Below the pieces are notes generated by a model. It did no database searches. It was given only the letters and a program-made list of their open reading frames with translations, and was not told the origin of the DNA. A stretch of 57,017 bases of DNA, filler included, from Squatina squatina (Eukaryota), in the NCBI GenBank assembly GCA_031763465.1. It is 3 parts of 3 records of this genome, joined end to end, with 100 filler letters (N's around TTAATTAATTAA, not from the genome) between each part and the next. Parts side by side here need not be neighbours in the genome. Positions count along the whole stretch, not along the records: positions 1 to 18,426 come from JARFOE010000230.1; positions 18,527 to 38,657 come from JARFOE010000120.1; 1 more part is not named here. One strand, given 5' to 3'. Of this stretch, positions 11,940 to 24,019 are shown piece by piece (the first letter of the stretch is position 1; every line of letters begins with the position of its first letter). The position numbers and the translations under genes were made by a program.

Positions 11940-12805
11940 TTGGAGCATGCTCGTTCTATCAGCAATGGACAGCGGGACCTTTTTTAATATTGCAGGATTT
12001 TACAGATGGGATTGTCAGGATACGGACTTTTAAGGAGTGAAAATGTGCAAATGGAATATGTGGTTTTTATTCAATTTTCTAAAGTTTAATAGGGTGGGTG
12101 GTTAAACTGGGAGGGGGAGCCCTTACTGTTGTTGAAAAAAAATAAATCTAAACTAGTTAAATTGGAACAGATCCGTGTCCACTTGTCATTCGCATGAGGT
12201 GCAAGTGCGAAATGCCCATTGCTCCTCGAGCACTTGAGTTAAGTTTTTGTTTTGTATTATACTTGGGTTTTCTATTAGACTATTTCCTAGAGCATTTTGT
12301 ACTAGTCAACTGAAAGGAATGTACTGGGAAAATGCTTCCTAATATTGTGTCATTCCGTTGGTAACTCAGGAGGAATTGATGCAGTCTTACACCAAGTAAA
12401 TTGCATTGATATTTTGTACATCAAGCTGGAGTGTACAGCTTGGCAGCTATGTACCTATTTATGCATTGTTTTTCACGTTATTGATCTGTTTTTTGGGGAG
12501 GGGGAGCGGCTGTTGTCCATGCTGAGAGGAGATCCTCAAATTATGCTTGTGAGCTGGTTTGGAAAAATTGAATTTAATTTTATAAAACTGATCTTCCCCT
12601 GCTATTTCATTTAGATTTTTGATCAGATTTCACTGTACTTAGTTAGTTCTTGTTCCAGATTGCTAAAGGTACTTACACAGATGACCCGATTAGGTGATCC
12701 TGAAATGCTGGATCCAGGAGGAGAGATGGAAGTTTCAGAGGTACGCCTGTGCTGTAAAAGAATAAGAATGTGATAAAATTCACCTTGATATGTTTTCATG
12801 CATCC

Positions 12806-12931
12806 AATAAAAGATACTACATTCCATTCTCCCAGTTCCTCCATCTCCGTCGCTTCTGTTCTGATGATGCCACCTTCCAAACCAGCGCTTCCGACATGTC
12901 TTCCTTTTTCCTCAACTGAGGATTCCCCTCT
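12806..12931 (+). mobile_element. Penelope-like RT C-terminal fragment
   Basis: Translates IPFSQFLHLRRFCSDDATFQTSASDMSSFFLN*GFP, the Penelope post-RT segment IP.SQF.R.RRICS. Confidence 0.75.
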
Positions 12932-13710
12932 NNNNNNNNNNNNNNNNNNNNNNNNNNNNNNNNNNNNNNNNNNNNNNNNNNNNNNNNNNNNNNNNNNNNN
13001 NNNNNNNNNNNNNNNNNNNNNNNNNNNNNNNTTAATGGATAGTGTTTATCTCGCTTATAGTACCGCAGCCAGCTGTTATTTCATAACATCTATTCACTCT
13101 TAACATGTTGACTAATGTTGCCATGGCCACGGAAAACAGATAGGGGTTAGTTTGAATTCTGGGATTGAGTAGGTAGCCTGTGCAGTTCTCATAACTGAAT
13201 GTTTAGCTGTTAGCTTGCTGAATGGCATTCATCGTTGGAGACAGCAAAGTGCTGCTCCTTTGTGATGTACATGGGCTTTTCCTGCCCAAACTGGGGACTG
13301 ACTGTATATATGGGGATTGTATTGCATGAGTTCTTTATGGTGCTTTCCCATGGGCCTTGGTTTGATTGCAATAATGCAACAACCTTTGTTTTTCTGCCAC
13401 AAATCTCTTACAGGTGGATTGCAGTAGTATGGATTTGATGCCATATTTAACTGCACTTGGTTGCTGACGGTGTCCTTTGATGGGAGGGGACCATGGTAGC
13501 CACAATGTAGCGACAATGAGTATTTGCCAATAGATTTGAGGCTTTTCCCAGAATAGTTCCAAAGGATTAAGTCCAGCACTGCAAGGTTAGTGTGTTATTC
13601 AGCCCTCCTGNNNNNNNNNNNNNNNNNNNNNNNNNNNNNNNNNNNNNNNNNNNNNNNNNNNNNNNNNNNNNNNNNNNNNNNNNNNNNNNNNNNNNNNNNN
13701 NNNNNNNNNN

Positions 13711-14990
13711 ATCAACTGAAAATCTGAGGTGTTCAGTCAGCTTATCCTTAATTATAGGCTCTAGTAATTTACCCAAGAACAAATGTTAGGCTAACTGGTC
13801 TATAATTCAGAGTTTCCTCTCTTGCCATTCTTAAATAGCAGAGTTACATGTGCAAATTTCAATTCTAAAGGAATGCTTTCCGAATCGAGAAAACTTTGAA
13901 AGATTATAGTTAGGGCATCTATAATGCACTCACCTACGTCCTTTAAAACCCTGGGATAGAAACCATCTGATCCTGGGGATTTGTCACTCATTAGTGCCAT
14001 TATTCTCTTCATTACTGCTATTTTACTTGCGTTAATTTTGTTGAGTCCCTGCCCCGATTCAATATTAGTTTCCTTGGGATTTCTGGCATGCTAGCCTCTT
14101 CCTCTACTGTAAATACAATGCAAAATAATTATTCAACATGTCCATTTGCTCATCATTGAATATGTCACCGATATCAGTTTTCAGGGGCCAACTTTGCTCC
14201 TGACCACCCTCTTTCCTAATATAATTGTAAAAAATGAGTTGGTTTTGATATCCCCAGCAAGTTTATTTTCAGACTCCTTTGGAGCTCTCACTGTCTGTTT
14301 TGTGACCCTTTGCTGTCGTTTGCATCTTTGTATGCTTTTTCTTTGAGTTTTATGTTGTCTCTTATCTCTTTAGTTGCCCATGGCTTCTTTTTGTAATTAG
14401 AGCTCTTACCCCTCACGTGTATAAACTGGTTCTGTATCACATTAAATTATTTTGTGAACACCTCCCACTGATCCTCTATCATTTTACCCAGTTTACTGTT
14501 AATAGTCTGTCTTATCCTGAAATCAGCCTTGCCTAAATCTAGAATTTTAGTAGCTGTTTTGCATTTCTCCCTTTCAAACGTTAGATTGAACTCAATCAGG
14601 TTATGGTTGCTATTGGATAAATATTCACACAGCTAGCCTGTTAACTAAATCTAATATAGCATGCCCCCTTGTTGCCTCTAGGACATATTGTTATAGAAAA
14701 CAATCCCAGATACACTCAAGAAATTCACTACTTTTCTGACAGGTGCAAGTCTGCTTATCCCAATCTATGTTAAAGTTAAAATCCCCCATTAAAACTCTCT
14801 GCCTTTGCTACATGCTTGTCTAATCACTGAATTTATGCAATCTAACACTTCACAGCTGCTACCCTGGGGCCTATACACAATCCCGCTACAGTCCTAATTC
14901 CTTTCTATTGCTTAAATTTACCCATAAAGTGTCCACTGCCTGCTTACCTCTTGTTATATCCTATCATTGAAGTGATTTCATCCTTAATCA
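13711..14990 (-). mobile_element. CR1 LINE ORF2 fragment (endonuclease to RT start), decayed
   Basis: Minus strand KSPGSDGFYPRVLKDV...IIFQSFLDS..IPLE.K.AHVTLLFKNGKR...YRPVSLT...GKLLEPIIKD, and a GDFN motif near 14775-14790. Confidence 0.85.
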
Positions 14991-15404
14991 CAAAGGCTGC
15001 TCCAATCTCCACCCCCACCATTTCCCCCATATTTCNNNNNNNNNNNNNNNNNNNNNNNNNNNNNNNNNNNNNNNNNNNNNNNNNNNNNNNNNNNNNNNNN
15101 NNNNNNNNNNNNNNNNNNNNNNNNNNNNNNNNNNNAGTATAGACCAGTTGGGCCAAAGGGCTGGTTCCTGTGCTGTACACTATATGTAATTCTATGTAAA
15201 TAGTCTCTCCTGCAGCGAATGAGAGAAGCAAATAGCAAGTTGTTGCCACTCCCTCTAATTACATATCTGAGGCAAAAAATATCCATACTTACTGGAAGCA
15301 GCCAGCTCTCATCCAGGAAACTACTGTTCTGGAAAAATAAACCATACAGAAACATCACTGTGCGTCATAATGCGGATACATGCTCTGCAGCAAACATGCA
15401 ATAG

Positions 15405-15695
15405 GGCCCGACATAAAATCAGTTTGTCAGTCTCATTCCAGTTCTTAGTTGGCACCAATTGCGCAAAACCTGCAGTCCCACTCAGAAAGGACACCACTGC
15501 CTGAAGTTGGAAACCGGTGTGATAATGGGTGCTCTTGAAGTTAAGAAACATTATTGGAGCAGAACAGATTTACTTTACATCCAACCTGTGTCACGCCTGA
15601 CCAGGGAGTACATGGTACTGAGGCTCAGTGTCTGAAATAGAAAGTGATCCAATCTCCAGCACTGACACTCCTCAAGCTGACTAGCATAAAGATCA
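15405..15695 (+). mobile_element. Old SINE resembling LF-SINE
   Basis: aaaatcagtttgtcagtctcattccagttcttagt resembles the LF-SINE core as I recall it. It carries one degenerate copy (about 15560-15625) of the 67-bp unit, in the opposite orientation to the array at 15888-16170. Confidence 0.4.
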
Positions 15696-15887
15696 AAGCA
15701 AATTAGCTGGTGAGATCCCTCTGACACTGTTGGACACGTCCTTGTTGGGAATGAAGGTGTGGGGTCAAATTTCAGAGCAGCTTGTTGTGACTGTGCTTTG
15801 GAATCGGTGCTTGCTGTTGCCCTCAGACTGAGTCATTTAACCACACATTCTTCTAATTTCAGGTCTTTGGAGATGACCACTGACCCC

Positions 15888-16170
15888 AGCTCCCTCGATA
15901 CTGTCCCATCAAACACTCACAGGGCAGGTACAGCACGGGTTAAATACAGAGTAAAGCTCCTTCTACACTGTGCCATCAAACACTCCCAGGGCAGGTACAG
16001 CACGGGTTAAATACAGAGTAAAGCTCCTTCTACACTGTGCCATCAAACACTCCCAGAGCAGGTACAGCACGGGTTAGATGCAGAGTAAAGCACCCTCTAC
16101 ACTGTCCCATCAAACACTCCCGGGGCAGGTACATCACAGATTAGATACAGAGCAAAGCTCCCTCTACACC
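15888..16170. repeat. 67-bp tandem repeat, about 4.2 copies
   Basis: Unit gctccttctacactgtgccatcaaacactcccagggcaggtacagcacgggttaaatacagagtaaa. gtaaagctcc occurs at 15951 and 16018 (period 67). Confidence 0.93.
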
Positions 16171-16527
16171 AGTATGACATTTTCCCATTTCCCACACCAG
16201 CCGTCCTGTGTCCTCTCCATGTGAGATTGCCAAAGTTTGGTAGAGTTTTGTGCTCTGAGCCACACTGATGAGAAGCCGAGTTGACTCTGGCCCAACTGAT
16301 TTCACATTGAACCCTTACAGCTAGCAGGCGCTCATCCCATCCCAATTTGAATCCATCTCTCAAGGTGCAAGTCCAACTGTTTTGTTTCAGCTNNNNNNNN
16401 NNNNNNNNNNNNNNNNNNNNNNNNNNNNNNNNNNNNNNNNNNNNNNNNNNNNNNNNNNNNNNNNNNNNNNNNNNNNNNNNNNNNNNNNNNNNCAGGCTTT
16501 CGGCCCACTCCTACTGGGGGTTAGAGT

Positions 16528-16786
16528 TAGGGTGACCAGACATCTTCGTTTTGCTGGGACAGTCCCAGTTTTTCACCAAACGTCCCAGTGTACTGACAAT
16601 TGTTTGAAATGTTTCAAATGTCCCAGTTTTTTGCAGTCTCGACGGAGACCTGACTGCGCATGCGCAGACTCAGCACGACGCCTGATGGGATTCCAACATG
16701 GTGGTGCCCTTGGTGGTTTCCGGGCAACCAGAAGCGGAAGGTTAGTTTTTGTCCCGGTATTGACTTCTGAAAATCTGGTCACCCTA
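16528..16786. mobile_element. Non-autonomous hAT (Blackjack-like) MITE, 259 bp
   Basis: Perfect 13-bp TIRs tagggtgaccaga / tctggtcacccta. 8-bp TSD gttagagt (16520-16527) / cttagagt (16787-16794), a 7/8 match. Confidence 0.85.
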
Positions 16787-17126
16787 CTTAGAGTTAGAGC
16801 CAGTCTTCCTGTCCCACACCGTTTATTCAGAGTCAGCAGACACGGCACTCATTCACCGTCTGTAAGCAGCAGCAGCAGCAAGGCCCATCCGCCATGAGGT
16901 GCAGCACACAGCATTTGCTCATTCATGCTAACTGACCCTTGACCCCCATCTGCATGCAAAGAGTGATAATTGACCTTTGACACCTTTTGCATGCATCGCC
17001 GTTCTTTCAATGCACCAGCCCTTTCATCAGTTAATGGGTGTGTAGTCAGCAAGGTTACTCAGGCCACTGAAGAAGTTGCCCAGAAACACAAGTATGTTAA
17101 TGAAAGAAGGATTGCGAGATCTTCAC

Positions 17127-17336
17127 CTTGACCTTGCTGTGGTTGGGGCGTTGCTTTCCTCCTCATGGTGTCTGAACACTCAGTGTCTTCGGAGAGGAGG
17201 CTCTCAATGTCTGAGGAAGCACGCGTCAGGGAAGAGCTAGAGGAAAGGCGGGGGATCACTTCCACCGGTAGTTTCCAGGTTACCTTCCGCCCATCGAAAT
17301 CATCGCCCAGCAGTTGGACATGCTTCCATTTGGAGC
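17127..17336 (-). CDS. ITGB4: Integrin beta-4, 210-bp (70-aa) connecting-segment exon
   Basis: gttctgaaag|GC TCC AAA TGG...CAA G|gtgaag encoding GSKWKHVQLLGDDFDGRKVTWKLPVEVIPRLSSSSS..., aligning to human GCGWKFEPLLGEELDLRRVTWRLPPELIPRLSASS. It is phase 1/1, with position and orientation relative to H3F3B as expected. Confidence 0.82.
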
Positions 17337-17497
17337 CTTTCAGAACAAGTTAATGACTCGTGTTGGTATTTAGTGCCAGTAAATGGTTCAGCATCAGCTG
17401 AGCTAGTCCACACCCACTAACCCTAACCTACCTACATCCAATGGGAGGCACTCAGTGGGGCCGCTTGAACAAAAGGCAGCCTAACCACTACACAGGG

Positions 17498-17616
17498 CTG
17501 CACGCATACCGCGCGCAAACACACACGCATGTACACGCACACACACACACGTGCGCGCATGTATACCTGTGCACACACATGCATGTACACATCCGTACAC
17601 GCATATACACGCATGT
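17498..17616. repeat. Alternating purine-pyrimidine (CA/CG/TG) low-complexity tract
   Basis: gcacgcataccgcgcgcaaacacacacgcatgtacacgcacacacacacacgtgcgcgcatgtata... Confidence 0.8.
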
Positions 17617-17699
17617 CCCAGATACTCATATTTGTGAGGATTGGTGGTCATTATGAGGGAGTCAATGAAGAATGAAGAGGTCCCAGTATTTTACATGTA

Positions 17700-18125
17700 G
17701 AGTGATGTACTGCTCGTTTTCAACAAAGGGAACAAGACAAAGCCAGGTAACTAAAGACTGATTTGTCTTACTTTAGTATTGTGTAAGTTAATGAAGTAAA
17801 CCAGAGGAATCACTATGCCGTTGATCTATTAAACAAGAGCCAACACAGATTCAGAACCTACCTGACCAATCACCTTGGGTTCTTTGAGCGTTGGATTGTT
17901 CACTTGCAAAAGTGATGTGACAAAGTCTGCACTGAAGACAACTATTTAAGCTGAATATTGTGGGGATTCATGGAGTAAAACCTGGGACTGGATTAGGTCC
18001 AGCTGACAGGTAGAGAGTCGAGGGATCTTTTTAGAGGAGTAAGTTGAGTTGGAGCCAAGTATTGGGCGGGGAGCCCCAGGGCTCAGTGTTGAGACCACTG
18101 CTGTTTCTGACTTAATCAATGATTT
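17700..18125 (+). mobile_element. Highly decayed CR1 RT fragment
   Basis: Remnants of KG.K.KPGNYR.I.LT, SQH.F, LTN and G.PQGSVL...LF..INDL motifs with many indels. Confidence 0.55.
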
Positions 18126-18134
18126 TGGATTTTT

Positions 18135-18426
18135 TGTTATTCGTTCCTGGGATGTGGGTGTCGCTGGCAAGGCCAGCATTTATTGCCCATCCCTAGTTGC
18201 CCTTGAGAAGATGGTGATGAGCCACCTTATTGAACCACTGCAGTCCTTGTCATGAAGGAACTCCCACAGTGCTGTTAGGGAGGGACTTCTAGGATTTTGA
18301 CCCAGTGACGGCAAAGGAACAGCAATAGACTTCCAAGTCAGGGTGGCGAGTGACTTGGAGGTGGTGCTGTTCCCATGTGTCTGCTGCCCTTGTCCTTCTA
18401 GATGGTAGAGGTTGTGGGTTTGGGAG
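18135..18426. mobile_element. Shark-type interspersed retroelement fragment
   Basis: tattcgttcctgggatgtgggtgtcgctggcaaggccagcatttattgcccatccctagttgcccttgagaag is recognised as a common elasmobranch repeat. The family is not assigned. Confidence 0.5.
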
Positions 18427-18526
18427 NNNNNNNNNNNNNNNNNNNNNNNNNNNNNNNNNNNNNNNNNNNNTTAATTAATTAANNNNNNNNNNNNNNNNNN
18501 NNNNNNNNNNNNNNNNNNNNNNNNNN
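18427..18526. other. Artificial scaffold-concatenation linker
   Basis: 44 N + TTAATTAATTAA (18471-18482, palindromic, stops in all six frames) + 44 N. Confidence 0.95.
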
Positions 18527-19171
18527 CTTATTGTTGGAGGTGAGGGTGGAGACTGGGGAGAGGGGTTTAAAAAGATGGTTAGCAGTGGAGAATAGAAGCG
18601 GGGTTTATCTTTACATTCCCAAATAATTCTGGAATAGTGAACAATTTTGGCAGACGAGAACAGGACCCGATAATGCTTTATGTGGTCCAGCCAGATCTGA
18701 CGGTGAATGGCTAAACCAGTTGTCCACCATGTCCGTTCAAGTCTGCGTCTCTTGGACTTAAGGGACCGAAGATCAGGGCTGTACCAGGGGGAACGACCAG
18801 GGTGAGAGAGAGTAATTGATTTAACAGGGACGAGGCCATCAAAGGTGGTGGTGAGGGTGTGATTGAGCCGATCGGTAGCTGCAGAAATGTCATNNNNNNN
18901 NNNGGAGGGCCAAAGGATCAACAGTTGGGTGTTCATAAGTGAAGGGGGAATTTTTTCCAGGGGCAGACACAGAAGAGGTAGGGTTGGGTGGGAGGTGTGG
19001 CGGGGGTGGAAAGGGGATGTGGGTGGAGAGAGATACGAGGAAGTGGTCAGAGATGGACTTATCTGTGACTGACACGATGGGATTAATGAGATCACGAGAG
19101 ATGCCAAGGTCGAGGGGCTGGGGAGTTTACATGGAGGGAGAGATTCAGGGAGGATAGGAGGCTGGTGAACT
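18527..19171 (-). mobile_element. L2-clade LINE ORF2 fragment
   Basis: VSVTDKSISDHFLV (endonuclease SDH motif)...PWYSPDLRSLKSKRRRLERTW...WLDHIKHYRVLFSSAK, with frameshifts. Confidence 0.8.
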
Positions 19172-20179
19172 NNNNNNNNNNNNNNNNNNNNNNNNNNNNN
19201 NNNNNNNNNNNNNNNNNNNNNNNNNNNNNNNNNNNNNNNNNNNNNNNNNNNNNNNNNNNNNNNNNNNNNNNAAAGGCGCTATCGAAATGCAAATTCTGTC
19301 TTCTGGTTCTAACTAAATACTGTATTCCAACCGGGTACTGCTCAGTGTATATCTTCATGTAGATTCCACACTTGTACATAGTGAAAGCACAACACCCGAG
19401 CTCCACACTCACATCACACAGCAGAAAGATGTTAGCATTTGGTAGCCATCGATATTTAGGCCATTCATTGCAAGGCCAGCTGAAGATCAGATAGGAGAGG
19501 AGACAGCGTGTGAGTGACAGAGACTCACAGCAACAACCTGGGCCTACTGGGTAAATGAAGCAAAGGCAGGCAAATGGGATTGAGGTGCAGATCAGCCATG
19601 ACCTTACTGAATGGCAGTGCAGGCTGGAGGGGCCGAATGGCCTATTCCATGTTCCAGCTTGTACTGACCGGGGTCTGCGTCTGGTAGCCATCAACATTTT
19701 ACAAATAATAAACAGAGACCTAGGGGAAGCCCAGCATCATTTATTTTCTTTCACACACACAAACTTTCTCTGCTGCTGGTACAAAACTGCACAGTGTTGC
19801 AGAGCGGAAAGACTTTAATGAGATTTAGGTGCTCGGTGTGCAGACATTGCTAAATCGTGACTAAATCCGCTCTCTGCCGCAGCGAATGGAAAATTCAGGG
19901 AGCGCCACTCACATCCTGCGCCGAGCATCACGTTACATAGAGACTACAAACTTCAGTCGAACTCCCCCAACCACAGCCCCTAGGCTCCAGCAGCAGACAG
20001 GAGCTAGTGAGCAAAGAGTTAACCTCACAGGCCCTTGCAACTTGGAGACCAAGAGACTCTTTGTTTCCACCAGTGACTCACTCCCAGTATGTTGCTTGCT
20101 GCCAGTTTTAAACCGGAAGCTCAAGGCAATTAAGTCTTTGCTGTTTCTAGACAGACGAGGAACACTGAAGAAAGCAGCT

Positions 20180-20318
20180 CCCCCAACCCCACACACTGTT
20201 CCTCAACCCCACACACCGCCCTCCCAAACTCCACACAACCTAGCCCCACACACTGTCCCTCAACCCAACACACTGTCCCTCACCCCAACACACTGTCCGT
20301 CAACCCCACACACCGCTC
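20180..20318. repeat. C/A-rich minisatellite of about 20 bp
   Basis: accccacacactgtccctca repeated with variants up to the gap. Confidence 0.75.
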
Positions 20319-20684
20319 NNNNNNNNNNNNNNNNNNNNNNNNNNNNNNNNNNNNNNNNNNNNNNNNNNNNNNNNNNNNNNNNNNNNNNNNNNNNNNNNNN
20401 NNNNNNNNNNNNNNNNNNAAGTTTAAGAGTAACAAAATGTCTCAGTTGTCATGAAAAATCAATTTATGGTTTCCCCAGGTGAAAGGTGAAAGGCAAAAGC
20501 CAATAGCTAGTCATAGCTTATGTGTGAATGGGCTTTCCATTAACTGAATTAGATGAATCACGGCTTTTATTCTACTCCGCTTTAAAGACAACTCATGCAT
20601 AACAGCAGAGTAAATCTCACTACAGAAATGATGATTCCTGCTACAGTTGAAGTTCTACACAACACAAGTACAGCACTTGACAAG

Positions 20685-21118
20685 TCAAGAAATATAAAAA
20701 CAGATTGCAAGAGCTTTTACAAGTATGTAAAAAGGAAGAGTCGCAGCAAAAATAAGCTTTGGTCCCTTAGAGGCCAAGACAGGAGAAATTATACTGGGGA
20801 ATAAGGAAATGGCAGTAGAATTCCCAGTAGAAGACAAAAAATACCAAAAATAATAGGGAACCAAGGGGTTAATGAGAGTGAAGAACTTAAAGTAATTAAT
20901 TATCAGTAGAGAAAAAGTACATGAGAAACTAATGGGACTAAAAGCAAATACTTTAGATCCGACGGCCTACATCCTAGGGTTCTAAAAGACATGGTTACAG
21001 AGATAGTGGATGCATTGGTAGTGAGTTTCCAAAATCCCCTAGATTCTAGAACGGTCCCAGCAGATTGGAAGGTAGTAAATGTAACACTCCTATTCAAGAA
21101 AGGAGGGAGAGAGGAAAC
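20685..21118 (+). mobile_element. CR1 LINE ORF2 fragment
   Basis: NIKTDCKSFYKYVKRK...DGLHPRVLK.MVTEIVDALVVSFQNPLDSRTVPADWKVVNVTLLFKKGGRE. Confidence 0.85.
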
Positions 21119-21218
21119 NNNNNNNNNNNNNNNNNNNNNNNNNNNNNNNNNNNNNNNNNNNNNNNNNNNNNNNNNNNNNNNNNNNNNNNNNNNNNNNNNN
21201 NNNNNNNNNNNNNNNNNN

Positions 21219-21400
21219 GGGGGAGATCGTGGATGGAGGGTTGGGGGGGAAGATTGTGGATGGAGGGTTGGGGGGGGAGATCGTGGATGGAGGGTTGGGG
21301 GGGGTGGAGGGTCGGGGGAGGTGGATGGTCAGCGGGGGTCGGGGGGGCAATGGAGGATGGATGGTTGGAGAGATTGTGGAGGTGGAAGGGTTCAGATCAC
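21219..21400. repeat. G-rich minisatellite of about 27 bp
   Basis: gggggagatcgtggatggagggttggg x3, then degenerate copies. Confidence 0.8.
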
Positions 21401-23377
21401 AATGGGAAGGGAGGCTGATTGCGGGAAGGGAAGCAGGTTTGCTTGAGGACTGGGGAAATACTCCTGGTCCTCCTGACCCACAAACAGTGCTGGAAAGGCA
21501 ATACCCACTGAATCTGGGCCTTCTCACCTCCCTTCAGCTGTCGGGTTTCCTGAGTCCTGGGAATCCATGCTGGAGAGGTTAAATTTAAAGGTAAGTAAAA
21601 TTCAATGCAAAAAAACCTCATTAACGTCTCAAGAGGATGTTAGTTGCTGAGTTAAGTACCCAGCCAACTGCATTAATTAAAGCCCTGACTTCAGCGAGCA
21701 GTTTATTCACAGGCTTCCAAACGCAACTCTGTTAAACCCGGAAGTAGGCGCTTTGGAGCCGGTTTGCAGTCGCGATCGAAAAATGACTTATTTTAACTGC
21801 CCACCCGTTGTTGGGGGTTAAAACTCCTCCCAGTTATTCCGAGACTTGGGAGGAAAGACTCAGACAGCTCAATTTATTTTTATTAGATTGAAAAGTATTA
21901 CAAATCAAGAGAAGTTGCTGAGCAACATGGAGAGCATTTTGTGCAGAACCAGAAGCAGAGCTTTCGTGAGTCATGAGCTGAGGGTGATTTGCGGCACAAC
22001 TTTGTCACAATTTTTACAGAATACGCACAAAGGCAGTTGAACAATTTGAGAAGGAAACGGATGTGTTCCTGATTAAGGAAGGGGAGGAAGGATACGGGAT
22101 TGGAGGTAGGGTGGGGAACAGATAGAATCTGAAACTCAGGTCCACAATAGATATTTCAGCTCGAGTAATCTGGGCGGCCTGCAAAGTTTCTTTCTCATTC
22201 CTACCTTGTTCTTGAGAAAGATTTTTCAACAACATGCCAGATAGAATTAGGTGCGGATATCTTTCAACATGGTTTCAGATACAGAATTCATTGTTTTGAC
22301 CACTGCAGCCTAAAGTAAACATGCAGGAAGTCTTTTTGTGCAGTTTTAACAATATAATCGTGAGACTTGAAAAGGAAACATTTACAGGATGATGGGGAAA
22401 GAGCAGGGGACGAATTGAATCGCTCGTTTAAAGGGCCAGCACAGGCAGGCTGGGACGAATGGCCTCCTTCTGCACTGTCATTCTATGATTCTACTACCAG
22501 GTGTACAGATTTGTGTTTTGACTCAGTGGTCCTTTGGGTTATTTTATGTCGTGGATTGAGTATGCCATTAACACGAACCTTGTCCATCTTAATGCAAAAA
22601 ACCTCAGTGAAACTCTCGGGTCACAGTTCACAAAACTTTGAGAAGCTTTTCTCGCGTATATTTTAGGTTCAAATGTGGACGCAAACATCAAATGCTAGCT
22701 GTGGCAAATCACGAAAGGCTTTTCTATTCTGAATATTATCGTACAAAGTATTTTGCACGATTGTGACTTGTAATCACACACAGCCAGTGAGAATTGGGTT
22801 GCTGACTGCCAATATAATCTGCCATGATTATGCTCTTTCCCTCTGACAATTCCCCTGTTGCGCATGTTAACAAGATCCTCCCTTGATTTCCAGTTTAACT
22901 CTGAACTTCCTTATCCTTTGCAATATCGCCACAAAAGAATGCGACAAAGAAGCAATAACAAAGGAACCGTGCTGGGGATTCAACCAGCCATCCTCTTTCC
23001 TTGGGATATCCTTGGGCTTGAGTGAAATTGGCAAGTGCAACATTCTGCTATATCCTGCTCTGTCTTCTAACTCTCTGTGTGAAAAAACTTTGATGTTTTG
23101 GACCTCAGATAAACTCGCTTTCAACATTTTATAAGCATGCTGAAGTATGCTAACTACACCTTAAGATGGTTTTATTACAAAATGCTACTCAACTATAGGA
23201 AATGGCAGCCCAATAGAAACACACAGGATAACAATAGAGCAAACTTTCTGATATAAACCCTGAGGCAGGTGCAGGAAATCTTATCATTGGTGTATATAAC
23301 AATCAAATAGTTCCAAAGAAAATTTTGAATACCTTCTTGATCCATTCTATTTATTGATTTGTTTTTTTTTAAGCGAG

Positions 23378-23642
23378 AACATAAGACCATAAGAAATAGA
23401 GTCGGCCATTCGGCCCCTCGAACCTGCTCCGCCATTGAACAAGATCCTGGCTGATCTTCTACCTAACGCCATTTTCTTGCACTCTCCCCATATCACTTGA
23501 TACCTTTAACATCTAGAAATCTACCAATCCCTGTCTTGAATGTACTCAATGACTGAGCCTCCACGGCCCTCTGGGGGAGAGAATTCCAAAGATTCACCAC
23601 CCTCTGAGTGAAGAAATTTCTCCTCATCTCAGTCCTAAATGG
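23378..23642 (-). mobile_element. CR1 LINE 3' end
   Basis: aacataagaccataagaaatag...ggccattcggcccctcgaacctgctccgccatt...gaattccaaagattcaccaccctctgagtgaagaaatttctcctcatctcagtcctaaatgg. Confidence 0.85.
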
Positions 23643-23742
23643 NNNNNNNNNNNNNNNNNNNNNNNNNNNNNNNNNNNNNNNNNNNNNNNNNNNNNNNNNN
23701 NNNNNNNNNNNNNNNNNNNNNNNNNNNNNNNNNNNNNNNNNN

Positions 23743-23845
23743 AATCACACGAATTGAATTCCCCAATCACACAAATTGAATTCTTCAATCACACGAATTG
23801 AATTCCCCAATCACCTGAATTAGATTCCCCAATCACATGAATTGT
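23743..23845. repeat. 22-bp tandem repeat, about 4.6 copies
   Basis: aatcacacgaattgaattcccc and variants. Confidence 0.85.
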
Positions 23846-24019
23846 CTTAAATGCTGCCCAGCCAGAATCTTTAAAATGTTACCACCCACTTTAACCCATG
23901 TGTGAAAATGTGAAGCAGCATCTCAATGGGCTCGAAGGGTACAAAAATGACATACGTGGCCTTAAATAAAAACATTGAGTTGGGGTTAACATGGTGCTAT
24001 TGCCTTGTACATTAAACAG

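Noticed and set aside
17415-17432. Telomere-like ctaaccctaacc (and ttagagttaggg at about 16521)
   Set aside because: Only about two units. The second is part of a MITE TSD/TIR.
19886-20482. 198-aa ATG-initiated ORF
   Set aside because: No recognisable domain or splice structure, and it extends through a minisatellite and a gap.
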